Below, one piece after another: positions 42,640 to 60,579 of a stretch of DNA of 64,000 nucleotides. Numbering within the stretch: position 1 is the first letter of the stretch; each line of letters begins with the position of its first letter. The notes beneath the pieces are model-generated. The model searched no databases. It was given only the letters and a program-made list of their open reading frames with translations, and was not told the origin of the DNA. Position numbers and translations under genes: made by a program. The stretch is from Podarcis cretensis (Eukaryota), in contig OX638152.1 in NCBI GenBank assembly GCA_951804945.1, forward strand, positions 59,520,001 through 59,584,000, given 5' to 3'.

Positions 42640-43290
42640 ATATACACGGGGGATGTTTCGCCGGCAGCCCGCGATTTCCAGGGCGCGGGCAGCAGCAGCG
42701 GCTCTCCAACGCCTTTCCCACGAACTCTCGTCATGGGGGACGGAAAGGAGAAGCGGGAGCGGCGGGCGCTTCGCTGCCATTTTGCGCATCCTTGCGATTT
42801 TTTATGGCAGGGGAGACGGAGAAGCCGCGTCCTGCATTGAACCGAACGGGGAGGCTCGGAGCGCGTCACGTGCCCCACAGACTTTTCAAGTACCCGGATG
42901 CCGGAACTACATTACCCGTCAGGCCCCTGACGCCTCTACACCTGCCGCTCGCCGTCCAGGCCGGAAGGACTTGGTGGCGCCGTGACCTCCGGAGCTTCCT
43001 TCTTTCCGAGCCAAGCCCCGGCTGAGGTAAGACACGAAACAGGCCTCGGGAGTGTATCCGTGTCCATCGGGGCCGCGGCGGCACCCCGCCGACCATTTAT
43101 GGCCGGCATCGGCCTCCGCTTCCCCTGGCCGGTTTCGCGGGCGGGGAACATTTCGCGCGTCTCTTCGTGCGGCTCCCATGAACGATTCTCTTCCCGCTGC
43201 CGGGCGAGCCTGGATTTTCCTTTGGCTGCCGAGGCCACGAGCAGCGGAGAATGGGCTCCGACGGGAGACCGAGCTCGAGGGGAACAGGAG
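42640..43290 (+). promoter_or_regulatory. RPL8 CpG-island promoter
   Basis: CpG-rich. YY1-type GCCATTTT at about 42776, GTCACGTG at about 42865, ZNF143-type ACTACATTACCCGTCAGGCCCC at 42906-42927, ETS CCGGAAG at 42961-42967. Confidence 0.85.
42995..43026 (+). other. RPL8: RPL8 non-coding exon 1 with 5'TOP / TCT initiator
   Basis: CTTCCTTCTTTCC pyrimidine tract at 42995-43007, then donor GAG|GTAAGA at 43027; typical of vertebrate ribosomal protein genes. Confidence 0.85.
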
Positions 43291-43934
43291 GAGGGGGATA
43301 TTTTTGTGCTCGTGATTTTGTGTTTTAAAAAACGTCTGTAAGGGCAGCCATTCTCCAGGGCGATCCCTCAGAACAGAATAACATTGTTAGAGGATTCTTA
43401 AGATATACGAAACTCCTGCTGTCGCAAATATTTTTCTTCTACGTACTCCGTTTTATCAAAGGCCCTGTTGCATTTTTTAAATAAGCTAACTTTCAGATTG
43501 CAAGTCTTTATGCTTAGGTCCATATACCAAGAATAACTTTTTGGTGCAGAAAGCAGTATGAGTTGCAAACATTTTCATTGAAAAACTTTCAAAGTAATAT
43601 AAAAACATTGGGGTATATGTTTGTGTGTGTTTAACCTATACTGTGCTATGTGAGACCATGACTATAGAGGAGAAAGTAAGTTCCTATACAAAAAAGCTGC
43701 ACTCTCAAACTTTGGCATTTGAGAGGGCTTTGAGAAATCATAAATAGTGCATTACATTGATAGGAACACTGTGCGTGAGATCCAGAAATACAGTTAAAAT
43801 ACTTGTGATATAGAAAACAAGCACGCTAGATACTGAAAGTGTTTTAAACTAAAAGATGGGTGGGATAGAGACCCATACTAAATAATCTTTCTACACTAGA
43901 GACAGCTGCATTTTCTAAATAAGCATGCTAATAA

Positions 43935-48897
<4,963 letters not shown>

Positions 48898-48924
48898 ATA
48901 TTCAGTTCAATATATTCATAAAGA

Positions 48925-48930
48925 AATAAA
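48925..48930 (+). terminator. RPL8 polyadenylation signal
   Basis: AATAAA 27 nt after the stop codon, followed by GU/U-rich sequence. Confidence 0.85.
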
Positions 48931-51106
48931 TGCCACCTTTTGTTCAAAACTGGTACAATGTGTGTGAGAGGCATTTTCTTTTTAGTTTTAACAGTTTGTC
49001 TAAACATTTTATACATGTGTAAATGGTCCTGAAATTTTAACCACCTTATAAAGGAACTGTTTTAGATTGTGTATGAAGTTGTCTAGACAGATCAAGTATC
49101 TGGTAGACCAGTTTGAGAACAAGAAGCAGGACTTTGGGCCTTTTGTCTGATCCAGCAGGTCTCTTGTGCTCTTTCATCAAGCTTCAGGAAGGCAAGACCT
49201 CAAACTTGGTTCTTAGTACATAATGCAACATTCTTACACTTTGCTATATAACAAAGACATGTCAAATGGGAGTAGAAAGAGAGTGATATGCTTAGATTAA
49301 TGGCAAAATAGAATCCTTTAAACAGTTCCATAATGCTGAACAAAATGTTAGGTATGTTTAAGGCACTTATAATGTTCTGCTTGTGTAATAGGACCTTCCT
49401 CTCCCCTTTGCTCCCTGGCACACTATAAATTTCTCCAGAGGGTTGGGGGTACACACAAGTGGAAGAAGTCCTGTTGCATGAGCAGAACGGTTTGCAGTGT
49501 TGGATACAAAAGCCCAGTTTTGTCTTAAAGAAGCCTATTTAATAAGGACCAAACTATGCAGCTGCACCCAAGGGTCTTTTGGCAAACTTGGGAGGGAGGG
49601 TACATCTCCCTCCAAAAGCCGTTTGACATGGTCAGCTGTTCAAGGAAAGAGGGATAGTCCAAGCAGCCCATATCCAAATAGTGGAGAGATGTTTTGATGG
49701 TACATCAGTTTCCCTAGAATGTCATTTTGGGCTGCTTGGAACATGGCTCAAATGACTGCATCCAGAGTTAAGGATACTGCTTATACAATATATTTTCCAG
49801 CTTCCCCTCCTTTTTTCTTGTGACGGCTCTCACAGCAGCAGCACAACATGAGAAAGATTGCTACAGCAGGTGGAAGTAGAAGTTCCTGCTTTCCATTTAA
49901 TGAAAAGACTGAAGTGAACTCCTGTTCTGTAGTCTGCTTTGCCCCATACCATGTAAATAGCATAAGGATTTATCGATGCCCTAAGTACATTGTGCAAATA
50001 TAGAGAAAACAAGTTTCAATATTTAGTAGATGGAATAGTTTTCAGAGGATCACGGATAAAAAAAGCAACGCTGTGAGAGCATACATTTTCTAGACACTTA
50101 ACAGACTTCTTGCTTTGCATAATGTTATCACGAGCATGCTGTATTTTGCTGATAAACGAGGTGGAGGGAAGGCTGCTTTCACAAAAGGAAATCGAAGCAT
50201 GTAAGAAATATACACAAGTGCTGCTAACTGGAAAACAGAAATTGGAATATTTTTGAAGCTGGGCTAATGATATGTACTCTTAATGGTGTCACAGGCAGCA
50301 GAGTTTTCTCATCTCCTTTCAAGAACTATATAGCTTAACAAACCTTTAGAATACACATGGTAGAGAGCACACTATCTGAAAATAACAGGCAGCTGCCTTA
50401 CGTATGTGTGGAGCAAATCTGTGTGAGCACAAATTGCTTTAAAGAGCAACCCAGTAAATCTCAGAAGCAGGTGTGGATTTTCCTAGATGTACAGCAATTG
50501 GAAAACTACTGCTTGCATTTGTAAGTGCATGGCTACCGGGGGGGGGGGCGGAGCTGTGGTCTGCTGGCCTATAATTTACACATCCTTTACCACTGGATCT
50601 GTTGGTTGGGGTTGAATAAAGTTGTAAGTCCACAGCAACCCTTTAGAAAAACAGTGATGTAACTCTTAGTGAAGAACAATCTCTTGAAAGGAATCATTGA
50701 GCTAAGAATGAGGATTGCTTAATTAAAAGTAAACTAGCAATGCAGAAAAAGTCAACACGTTGACTATATAGTTTGAAAACTGCTACTAGGTGCAGCTAGA
50801 CACTAATCCTATCAGTTACTTGTGATTTTAGTATTGTCCAATATTCAATATACACATAATACATGTATGCGAATAAAAAGGAATTAAAATATTTTTGGGG
50901 ATGTCCTGCTGACAGCCTGAAAGCTGTAGAGCTCTCAAAAATGTTAGTCTTGGCCAGACTTGTAACCCATGAAAAATTATAAACTCTTAACTCTATGAAA
51001 AGGTAAGTAGCATGCAGCAATAGATTACAGATTAACAATACCGGTGCAACCTAGAAGAATATGATTTTCACCATATGTAGGACACTTGAGACAGCCTACA
51101 GGTGTA

Positions 51107-51294
51107 CAATGGTACCTCGGGTTAAGAACTTAATTTGTTCCGGAGGTCTGTTCTTAACCTGAGGTACCACTTTAGCTAATGGGGCCTCCCGCTGCTGCCG
51201 CCACTGCACGATTTCTGTTCTCATCCTGAAGCAAAGTTCTTAACTCAAGGTACTATTTCTGGGTTAGCAGAGTCTGTAACCCGAGGTACCACTG
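51107..51294. mobile_element. Tc1/mariner MITE (family A), internally deleted copy
   Basis: TA|CAATGGTACCTCGGGTTA ... TAACCCGAGGTACCACTG|TA; interior closely matches the 47693 copy. Confidence 0.9.
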
Positions 51295-51699
51295 TATGAT
51301 TGTTCGCTGCAACAAGTAGGCTATAGTCAAACTGTTCTTGTGTTAGAATAGCAGCGCAGAGTGGTATACTGGTCATGCATGTTGCTACAAGGGTCCAGTG
51401 ATGTGTTGCTCTGTCCAGCATATGAACATTGGAGAGAAAACTAAAATTACAGGGACCAAAATTATTTCACAGAATTAACCAACCAGGAAAAATCCTGAAA
51501 AGATAGTAACAAAGTAACTCATTCCTAAAACATTGCTTTCCAATAAAAAGGGCTACTTTCAATCATGAGGCACAAAGCATTCTAGAGGAGAAAGTTAAGA
51601 AACTGCAAATAGTTTCTACAGCAAGTAGTAGTTTCTACTACTCTCCTTAGTGTGATAGTACATGCAATCTTTCATTTATATTGAAGTATATTGTTGAAA

Positions 51700-52033
51700 G
51701 GACGCGGGTGGCACGGTGGTCTAAACCAGAGCCTAGGGCTTGCCGATCAGTAGGTCGGTGGTTCAAATCCCCGTGACGGGGTGAGCTCCCGTTGTTCGGT
51801 CCCAGCTCCTGCCCATCTAGCAGTTCGAAAGCACGTCAAAGTGCAAGTAGATAAATAGTTACCGCTCCAGCGGGTAGGTAAACACCATTTCTGTGCGCTG
51901 CTCTGGTTTGCCAGAAGCGGTTTAGTCATGCTGGCCACATGACCCAGAAGGTATCTGCGGACAAACGCAGGCTCCCTTGCCTATAGAGTGAGATGAGTGT
52001 GTAACCCCAGAGTTGTCAGGGGTACCTTTACCT
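51700..52033 (+). mobile_element. Sauria SINE
   Basis: tRNA-like head (GGTGGCACGGTGG; B box GGTTCAAATCC), body GCAGTTCGAAAGCAC..GTGCAAGTAGATAAATAG, GTCATGCTGGCCACATGACC and the characteristic ACCTTTACCT tail. Confidence 0.88.
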
Positions 52034-55000
52034 GTACACTTGAAAGCACACTTTGAAGTAAACCACAATAAATTGAAACCAAATTTCCAGCATTCCTGTA
52101 GATCAGTGAAAAGCATAAAGCTCAACTGCATTAAAGTAGCTAGACATCAATGTACATAATAAATGAACTTTCCCCTTAAACATAAGACTAATCTTGCAAG
52201 TTAGTACTGTACTACAGTTTCAGAAAGTGCTGAACTAGAAACCATCTACAGTATGTCTTGCAAACCAAAACTTCTGTATAAAAATGGCAGTTACACAGAG
52301 TTTCTAAGTTTTCATATTCCCCATAGATCTATGTTGAATTTAAAATTATGAATTTCTGAAAACTTTAAATTTAGTTCAAATGCAAAATAGTAGTTGACGC
52401 TCGTGGTGACGTAAAGTGTTATTTGAATATACTTGCAGGGGGCGGGTGATGGTGAAGCAGAGATATACTAAAAGCTATTAAGTATTTCAGAATAGGCTTA
52501 CACATTGAAATAGCTGCTCCACCACCACAATGTACAGTTTTTGTAAGTTTGTAACATGCAAGAAAGTCAGTATTAGTCTAGTAAAAGGCCTGTCTATTGT
52601 CTTTCCCCCTAATGCTTGCTTGTGGTAATGGCGACTCTCAATTGTAATTAATGCTTAGAAATACTCAAAATACAATTGAAAGTGGGCTGCAGCGGAATCA
52701 AAGTAACATAGCCAAAACAAATGCTTATTAGAAATGAAAAATGTGTCAGTAGCATTTACAATAATATATCCAAAAATAGAATTCCTATAGAGGTGGTGAC
52801 AGAATTGTGGGTTAAGCTTAGCTCATTTATCTCTAGACAGAGAAAAATACTTCCCATAGCTGGAACAAATTTCTCAGTCCTAATAGGACTAACAGGAAAC
52901 TCATGGTAAATTGGCCATGTAAATTTTGACACTAGTCACACTCAGAATAAGACTCATGGAAATCAATGGACAAAGTGCACTGATTTCAACAGATCTACCC
53001 CAAGCATGATTTACAGAGAAATCCAAGCCCCTAATCTGCTATAGTGGAAGGAGTTTGGGTGGTGCAAAGGTATCCCTCTGCCCAGCCCCGCAGGCAAGAA
53101 CCACCTTGCACCACCCAGCAGCCTCTCCCGTTGGTAGTCAGCAGGAAGCCCTGAAATGGGGTGTTGTGGGGGAAAGCCAGCACTGGATCTACTGGATGGC
53201 ATTGGCTCATTTTAGGCCTTTGTTGCACTGGGAGCATTTCCCCTCTACTCTGGCTGGGACAAGTTCTGGGGCTGTGCTGTTCCATCAAGCCCTGCCATTG
53301 CTGGCCAGAGCATATGGTTGCGCACTAAGCTGGATATTAGCCTATGAAGGGCCAGTGTGTTAAGTGACAGCAGTCTTAACAGATGAAACAAGGACTACCA
53401 AAATTGTTAAATTGGGGGAAGTATATGCGAACTTTTCCTCTTCCCAACTAGACTCTTTCTGCCTTGATCACTCATGTCAACATAATACAGGAATCAGCAT
53501 TTGGTTCTGAAAGGTGCTGCCAGCCTACAGTTACCACCCTAAGAGGTAAAGTATCTCTGGAAGAAATGCCATTTGTGGCAACAGAACTGGCTAGCAGCCA
53601 CTTAATGGGGTAGGAATTGAAACTTAACCCGCTTACTCCTGTGTGAAACTGATCTCGCAGGGGAATTAATTGCTGAGCAAGGACCTAAAATGTAAGATAG
53701 CAAGAGCCCTGCTGCATGAGACCAAAGGCCTATCTAGTGCAGGTTCCCATTTCTCTGTGGTCAACCAGATGCCTATAGGATGCCGACAATTAGGTCATGA
53801 ATGCAACAGCACTCTCCTGCTCTTACCAGCATCCAATCTTCAGAGGAATACCAGCTCTGTGTGCTCACACCACCATTAAAGCACATTCTAAGCACATGGT
53901 TTCTCAAAGGGTTTGGAGCACTGTCGTTTACCCCACAGTTACAATTTCCAGCAACCCTTAACAAACTACAGTGCCCAGAATTCTTTAAAAGGGGAAAGGT
54001 ACTTTAAAAATATAGTGCGGACAGAACCCCAGGTCCTTGAAGTAACATATATTAGTCATTATTAGGAGATACGGGTGGACATTACCCATCTTGAATAAGG
54101 TTCCAAAATTATGAGGGAGAAAAACTTTGCTATGTACTTCCTTCACACTAAGCATAAATTTATATAACTCTCATCATCCCTGCTTATGTGCCTTTCTTTG
54201 AAAATGTTTAGTTCAAAACTTTCTTAGTTTTTAAGTCACCTAAACAATCTTCTATGCTGAAAACTAGAAGTTGATTTGTGAGATTCATACACTGAAGAAA
54301 GAAAAAATTAATAATTATGTACCGAGCAAGAAAGCAAGAACCAAGAACAAAATAAAAGTACATAATGAGGTGGCAAGTATAGGCAGAGGAATCAAATGTG
54401 GAGTAACACACACAGAACCTTTAGCACTGAAGGGAACTTGTTTTGAAGAACTGAGGTGCAGCAGGAATTAAACTGAAAAACTAGGAAGCTTACCCCAAGG
54501 AACAACCAATGCAATGGGAGGCACTTCAACAGAAAAACAGATTTTTTAAAACAGCTGTTCAAAGTAGTAAGTAGAAAAATATAGGTATGCCAGCCAATTT
54601 GATCCAATAATTAGTACAATACAATTCTGCAAATATATCAATTTCTTAGAGGAGGTTTGAAAATTAGGCAGTACCAGTTAGATATGAGAAAGTTTCCAAT
54701 ATAATCATCGTAGATAAGAGGAGATAAACCTTTGGCTGGCTTATCACATATGCTGCTTAATAAACTCCATAATCACTTCCAAAAATATGCTTGATACAAC
54801 TAACAAACAATAGAAATACCACACATTAAAACATTATGCTCTATGTGTGAACAAGTCAGTTCTTGTGCTTGAGCAAATATACTTTCAGTCATGGGGATCA
54901 CTGTTGGCTGTATAGCTGCTTGCCCAATGCCCAGACAGGAGTAACCCCAGGCATTTCTGCTGCCTATCTGTTGTTCACGCCAATGTATTTGCAAGGCAGG

Positions 55001-58000
55001 GAATGTGTGGAGCAAATGTGTGAAGTTGATAGAAAAACTGCTAATTGGAAGGTTAACACTTTGAATTAAGACAGAATAGTGCATTGCTAATGGTCAGTAT
55101 CATATATTGACAAGACACATAAGAACACCACATTCCAAAAAGAATTATTTCTCTGAAGGATAACAGCTAACTTTTGTATATAACTTTCAAGCATTCAAAG
55201 TGCTTCAAACATAATCTAGCTGTAATCCTTACAACACTAAGCCAAATCAGTTTTATTATCCAACCCATTACAAAATTATGGGGACCTGAGGTTGAGAGTA
55301 GTTTACCTAGGGCAAAGGCAGATTTAGGGGAGCACAACTGGTTTGGCTTCACTGGGTGTGGCACTTTAGGGGCGCCACAGGGAACTCCACAACTATGATT
55401 TAGAACGGAGTGCAAGAGGCAGTTGCGTGTGCTGAATTTTGGCATCACACATGGCGCTGCTGAAATTCTGAGACCCAAAAGTCTGCCTAGTGAGTAAACG
55501 GCAGAGGTGAATTTGCAACTAGGAACGTCCTGATTTGTAGTTAAAATCTCTTAAGCCACTGCAGTATTCTAGCACTATTTAAGCACCATCTTTTTAACTC
55601 GCCCTGTGATTTACCTGAGTGCTCCTGCTTCTGCAGTATTTGCTGTTAAGCATGCAGGAATTCACTATGGTTTAAAGCCACAGCAGTACAGAATTTTTGC
55701 CACAAGGGGATTTTGATAATCTGAGCAAAATCATGCAATTCATTAAGTCAAACCGCCTTCATAGGCCAGCACAGATGATATGCCGCAAAAAGCTTCAGGT
55801 AATCTACAACTTCGGCTGTAATGAGGTTCTTTCACAGTTAACACAGATAAAGCCCAGCTGCAGTTCTACAATATAGCAAGTAAATCCTTTGGAATTTAAT
55901 ATTTCACTGGACATCTGATAGCAAGCTACTCACAATGAGAAGATAGGAGAGGGAACAATGTTTGCACAAGCATCTAGTCACAAATAATTATTTTCCTTCC
56001 TGCTCATGCTGCATGCAGTTCTCAAAATTGAACAGAAAATTCTAGACACTAGTCAAGCTCCTCTTCCATGCTTAGTGTAAAATAAATTAAAGGAGCATAT
56101 GGGCTTCATCCCATTTTAACTACCAATAGTTTAACACAATAAAATGCTTCCCTGTCCATTTAGGGCATTCAACGAATAAGGACTCAAGCAACAAGAGTCT
56201 CCTACTAGCCACAGGAAAATGGTAGAGACAAAAGATGGGTTCACACACGTTTATAGTATGTGATTAACACATGGCAGCTTATTTCCACGTGTGAATGGGC
56301 TTCCCTGAAAAGTACGGGCTGGATCCTAAGAATTGCTTGTGGAAGGAAAACAACAAAAGGGGATTGTCCTTCTCCCTACACTCTCCAACACTCTTTTCTG
56401 AGGGTTGGAGGGTCCTCCTTGAGTGGGTGGGCTATGGCACAGTGGGATGGGGAGATTGTCCCAACTCAGGCAGCAGAACCTCGTGCAAGTGCATCTTTGC
56501 TGAAGAAACTTCAAAATCTTGGGCAATTCTCCCCTTTCCCCTAGCTCCCAAGGTCATAACTCACCCAGGTTTTTCAACCCTCAGGAAAGGTGATTTGGAG
56601 ATGTAGGAGGGAGAGCAGGGAGGTTCTTTTCTGCCCATTTCCTTTAATGAGTGGTTCCTAAGATCTACTAATCTACTGTAAATGAGGTGATGCATCTACA
56701 GTCATGATGAGCCGTTACTATGCCAACCACAGTATTCTGTTATCTTCCATAATCTCCATTCAAGAAGAGTGCTTGTCTCCCCCCCCCCCCCCGCCCAACT
56801 GCTTTTTTCCTATAACTTTCTCTAGCATCCTACATTTCCCTTTTTGGGAAGATCTGGGTTTTTTGTGTTTTTTAAAAATACATACTACCATAGTTTGCTT
56901 GAACAGAGAAAGAAAAACAAATGTAAATGTTTAGCCATATAACATTTGCTAGTGTTACCAGCATGTTTATGAATAATACAGAACTTTTTTTTGGGGGGGG
57001 GGGGGTTTCTCTTGAACAACTTATGAAAATTGTCCCAGGAAAGCTGCACTGAAATGCAAGAGAGGTATGAAGGAAACACTTAGGAAACGTCCTTCTAGAA
57101 AAGATGGACACCACAACAAATTAATATTTTGCATTCAGTTCAAAATGGAATTGCACTTTGCGATAATACCACTGTGGTGATGAACATTCGCTTCTATACA
57201 AATGTGTAGCTAAAGGGACAACAAATACTTATTCTACTCCCATCTCTTTACTTTCCTTTGTAACTTAGTAATGACATGACACCCAGAGTTTAATACACTG
57301 CCTGGAAAAGGTTTGCTAGTTACAACTTAAATCCAACTGGGAAGCAAATTTAATCATTATATTTGTGTTTCTAAAGCTAATTCTTTAAAATTCATGGTCC
57401 TTTTAAAAAGACATAACATGGCTTAAGAATCATGAGGTTTAAAATTCCATTTTGGATTCTTTTTATTTCTCTTTTGCTTTTTGAATCTTCAGTGGACACT
57501 GCAGACATACCACAACCACTAAAATCTATTAGTTTTTAAATGAAAACTGAGGCTCCCATTACTTTCAGCATTCAAAAGCTCCCCCAAAGTGACAATATGT
57601 AATGAAGACCCAGCAAGTTGGTAGCCATGCATACCTCCTTAACTAGAGTGATTTAGCAGCGCTAACAGAAAAACAGAATGTTAAAGTTTACTCACTGAAG
57701 TCAGTGGCAAAAATTCATTTGCACAAAGAACTGCTTCTGGTAAAGCAAAGGAAGCTATTTACACAAACACAGTCTGATACAAACACACTAAAAACTTTTC
57801 CTACGGGTGATCAGTTTCTATATATTTAATGTCAAATGATTAGGAAAAATGTAGGATTACTGTTGGATGGATTGCTTTTATGGAAGACAGGGATTTCCCA
57901 TTAGCTGTTACAAACAAAAATTAGGATTCAATAATTAGCAGAAGAGTAAAATTAAACCTTTAGGCACTTTGAGGACTTGTTTTAATGTGTGCCATTCATA

Positions 58001-58829
58001 TTGAGGTATTACATTACAGCTTTAAAGTGACTGCTGCCAAAACTCTGACAGAAGCATGCATTAATTATTATTCAGAACATTTTCACTTAAAATGAATAAA
58101 TGAGACGTTTTGCCAAGAAGGAAGAAAATGATTTTTCAGGTTTCTGCTACACATTAATTTTAAAGAGGCAATAGTCTCAGGAGTCTCTCTTCCAGGGGGA
58201 AAAGATAACCCGCAATACCTCCTAAGTAGTTGTCTGAAAACTATCTCCAGGAGGGTTTTGTCATAGCCTTGTGAAAGTAAGTTTAAAAAAGAAAGAAAAA
58301 GTATTTTCACAATCACTTGACACTAATCATTTTTCCAAGGCCAAAGTAACAAGTTCCATGTTCCTGTATAGAAAGATAGTCTTTGAAAAAACATTTTTAA
58401 CAATAATTACTGGTCTAAGGAAATATGAACTGTTGCAGCTCTAATACAAAACAGGCTAATATTTTGATTTAAGTCAACACTAAACATACCCACATACATG
58501 GGGAATGTTTCACTCAAACGTTGTCAACCAATCCAATTAACTGCTGTTAGAAACATAACAATTAACATGAATACTAGAGAAAATCTGGAAGGGTAAAGTG
58601 ATCGCTGCTACATAGAATATTTAAAAATGGTTTAAGACTATCTCATTACACTAAATGCAAAAGAACGCACTTGTGAGTTTCTCACTTTGTTCAACTATAA
58701 ATCCTCAGTTTGATAAGCAGCATTTTTGTATTAACTCAATTGTATAAAATACCTTCAAGCTTGTGCTCATTAAATATATATGTATATATAAAACATACAA
58801 AAAGTACAAGATAGTCACATTAAGAAACT

Positions 58830-60444
58830 ATTACAGTTTTCCTTTTTTATTCTTGTCAAGGGTCAAATTTCTGTTCACCAATTCTCAATGCGACTTTAGT
58901 TCCAGAATTCGGTATAGTGCACAGAATTCAACTACCTGTGCAGTCTGTTTTAAAAAAACAAAAAACCACACACACACCACAGGACAAAAATGGTCTTCTT
59001 AAATCAAATTCTATTTGTGAATTCAGCAAAATAATTTCTATAAAATAAAACAGCAAATATTTAAATAGTATAGGGTGGGCTGTATCTGTTTTGCAGGGGT
59101 ATTTGGTTTTTCGACAGATTCCAAAATAATTACACACATTCAAGTTACCAATTTTAATTTAAATACAGTATTTACTGATGTCTTCCTTGAAGTCCTTAAA
59201 CAAATGTTTACTCTGGAATAGAGATACCTCAGTTTTGTATTTGACTAACCAGTAGTTTGTTTGTTTTTTTAATAATCAAACTCTGCTTCTAAGGTTTCGA
59301 TTTCTCTTATCATGGACAAAGAGCTAAGATTCAATTCTTGTTTTCAAGTAGAATTGTGAATGAGCAGAAAACCAGCAAGTTAACTTGGTGCAGTGGCACT
59401 CACAAGTATTGTGTGATTTTGTTGACTTCCACTTCACTGCAATGCAGTAGAAAGGAAAGTGTTAGAAGTTTATCAAATAAGCTCTACCAAAGAAACAAAA
59501 CAAGCACACCAAATACAGTCTATTATGCTCCAGGCATCCTGGCATAGCAAAAATTTGCATATTTGTTTTAAATCTTTTAATTTCCTATTACTGAAAACTA
59601 AGTGTTCTTTTATCCCACCCAGAGACAAAACTGTCAAACATCAGATGTGAGGAACATATGTGCAACTGAAAACCACCTGTTTGTCACATTGCCCAACCCT
59701 CCCCTCCCTGTTTTATATTCTAGGTGGCAGAAGAATAGGCTCTGAACAACACAGTTGTCACCCTGGGACAACTGTAATTTTTCTTTCCTCACTGGCTACA
59801 CTAACCTGGTGTGAAGCCATGCTAAATGTTACAGCTTAACTATAGCTTCAAAGTGATTAACCTAATACCAGAATGAAAAAGGCAATGAAAAAAGACCTAG
59901 AAACAATGTTACATCACCAATTTTCCACATCAACCAAATAATTAAAAGGTTACCAGTCATTACGTTGCTCATAGTAAAATTGACTCCAGTGGCAAAGAAT
60001 TAACATGAAACTATTTTTCTGGTTGACATGGAGAGGCTTACTTTTTGGGGGGAAAGAAGTTGATCCAACTGCTATTAGGCAGGCAACACTGGTTGTAGAG
60101 CGCAGCGGATATATCAAGAAATTAATTGTTGTAGATCTGTGAGTCTCATCAAGACAAAAAATGTTTCTTGCTTAAGAATNNNNNNNNNNNNNNNNNNNNN
60201 NNNNNNNNNNNNNNNNNNNNNNNNNNNNNNNNNNNNNNNNNNNNNNNNNNNNNNNNNNNNNNNNNNNNNNNNNNNNNNNNNNNNNNNNNNNNNNNNNNNN
60301 NNNNNNNNNNNNNNNNNNNNNNNNNNNNNNNNNNNNNNNNNNNNNNNNNNNNNNNNNNNNNNNNNNNCCAGACACAGAGAAAAGTTGGACTGTAAGGCCT
60401 GGGTGCACAGTCTTGATGGGGCAAGTTAATTATGTGCATTTCCA
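58830..60444 (-). other. USP9X: USP9X 3'UTR, proximal part; may extend further left
   Basis: AU-rich, repeat-free sequence after the TAG; AATAAA at 58851-58846 with a U/GU-rich downstream element. One N-block at 60180-60367. Confidence 0.55.
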
Positions 60445-60579
60445 CTATTCTTTCGTCTGAGGCGGTGAAACCTCTTCACTGCCTTCATAATTTTCTTGTG
60501 CTCGTTGGCCAGTTCGCTGAGGGTTGTTCATATGATGTGCTGCTGGGCCTGTATATGGTTGTCCATGCACATGGTTATT
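60445..60579 (-). CDS. USP9X: USP9X last coding exon ([11 protein letters not shown]...SPPQTKE*)
   Basis: 135 nt ending in TAG. Confidence 0.95.

Noticed and set aside
51700-51775. tRNA-like A/B boxes (also 62203-62275)
   Set aside because: These are SINE heads followed by SINE bodies and tails, not tRNA genes.
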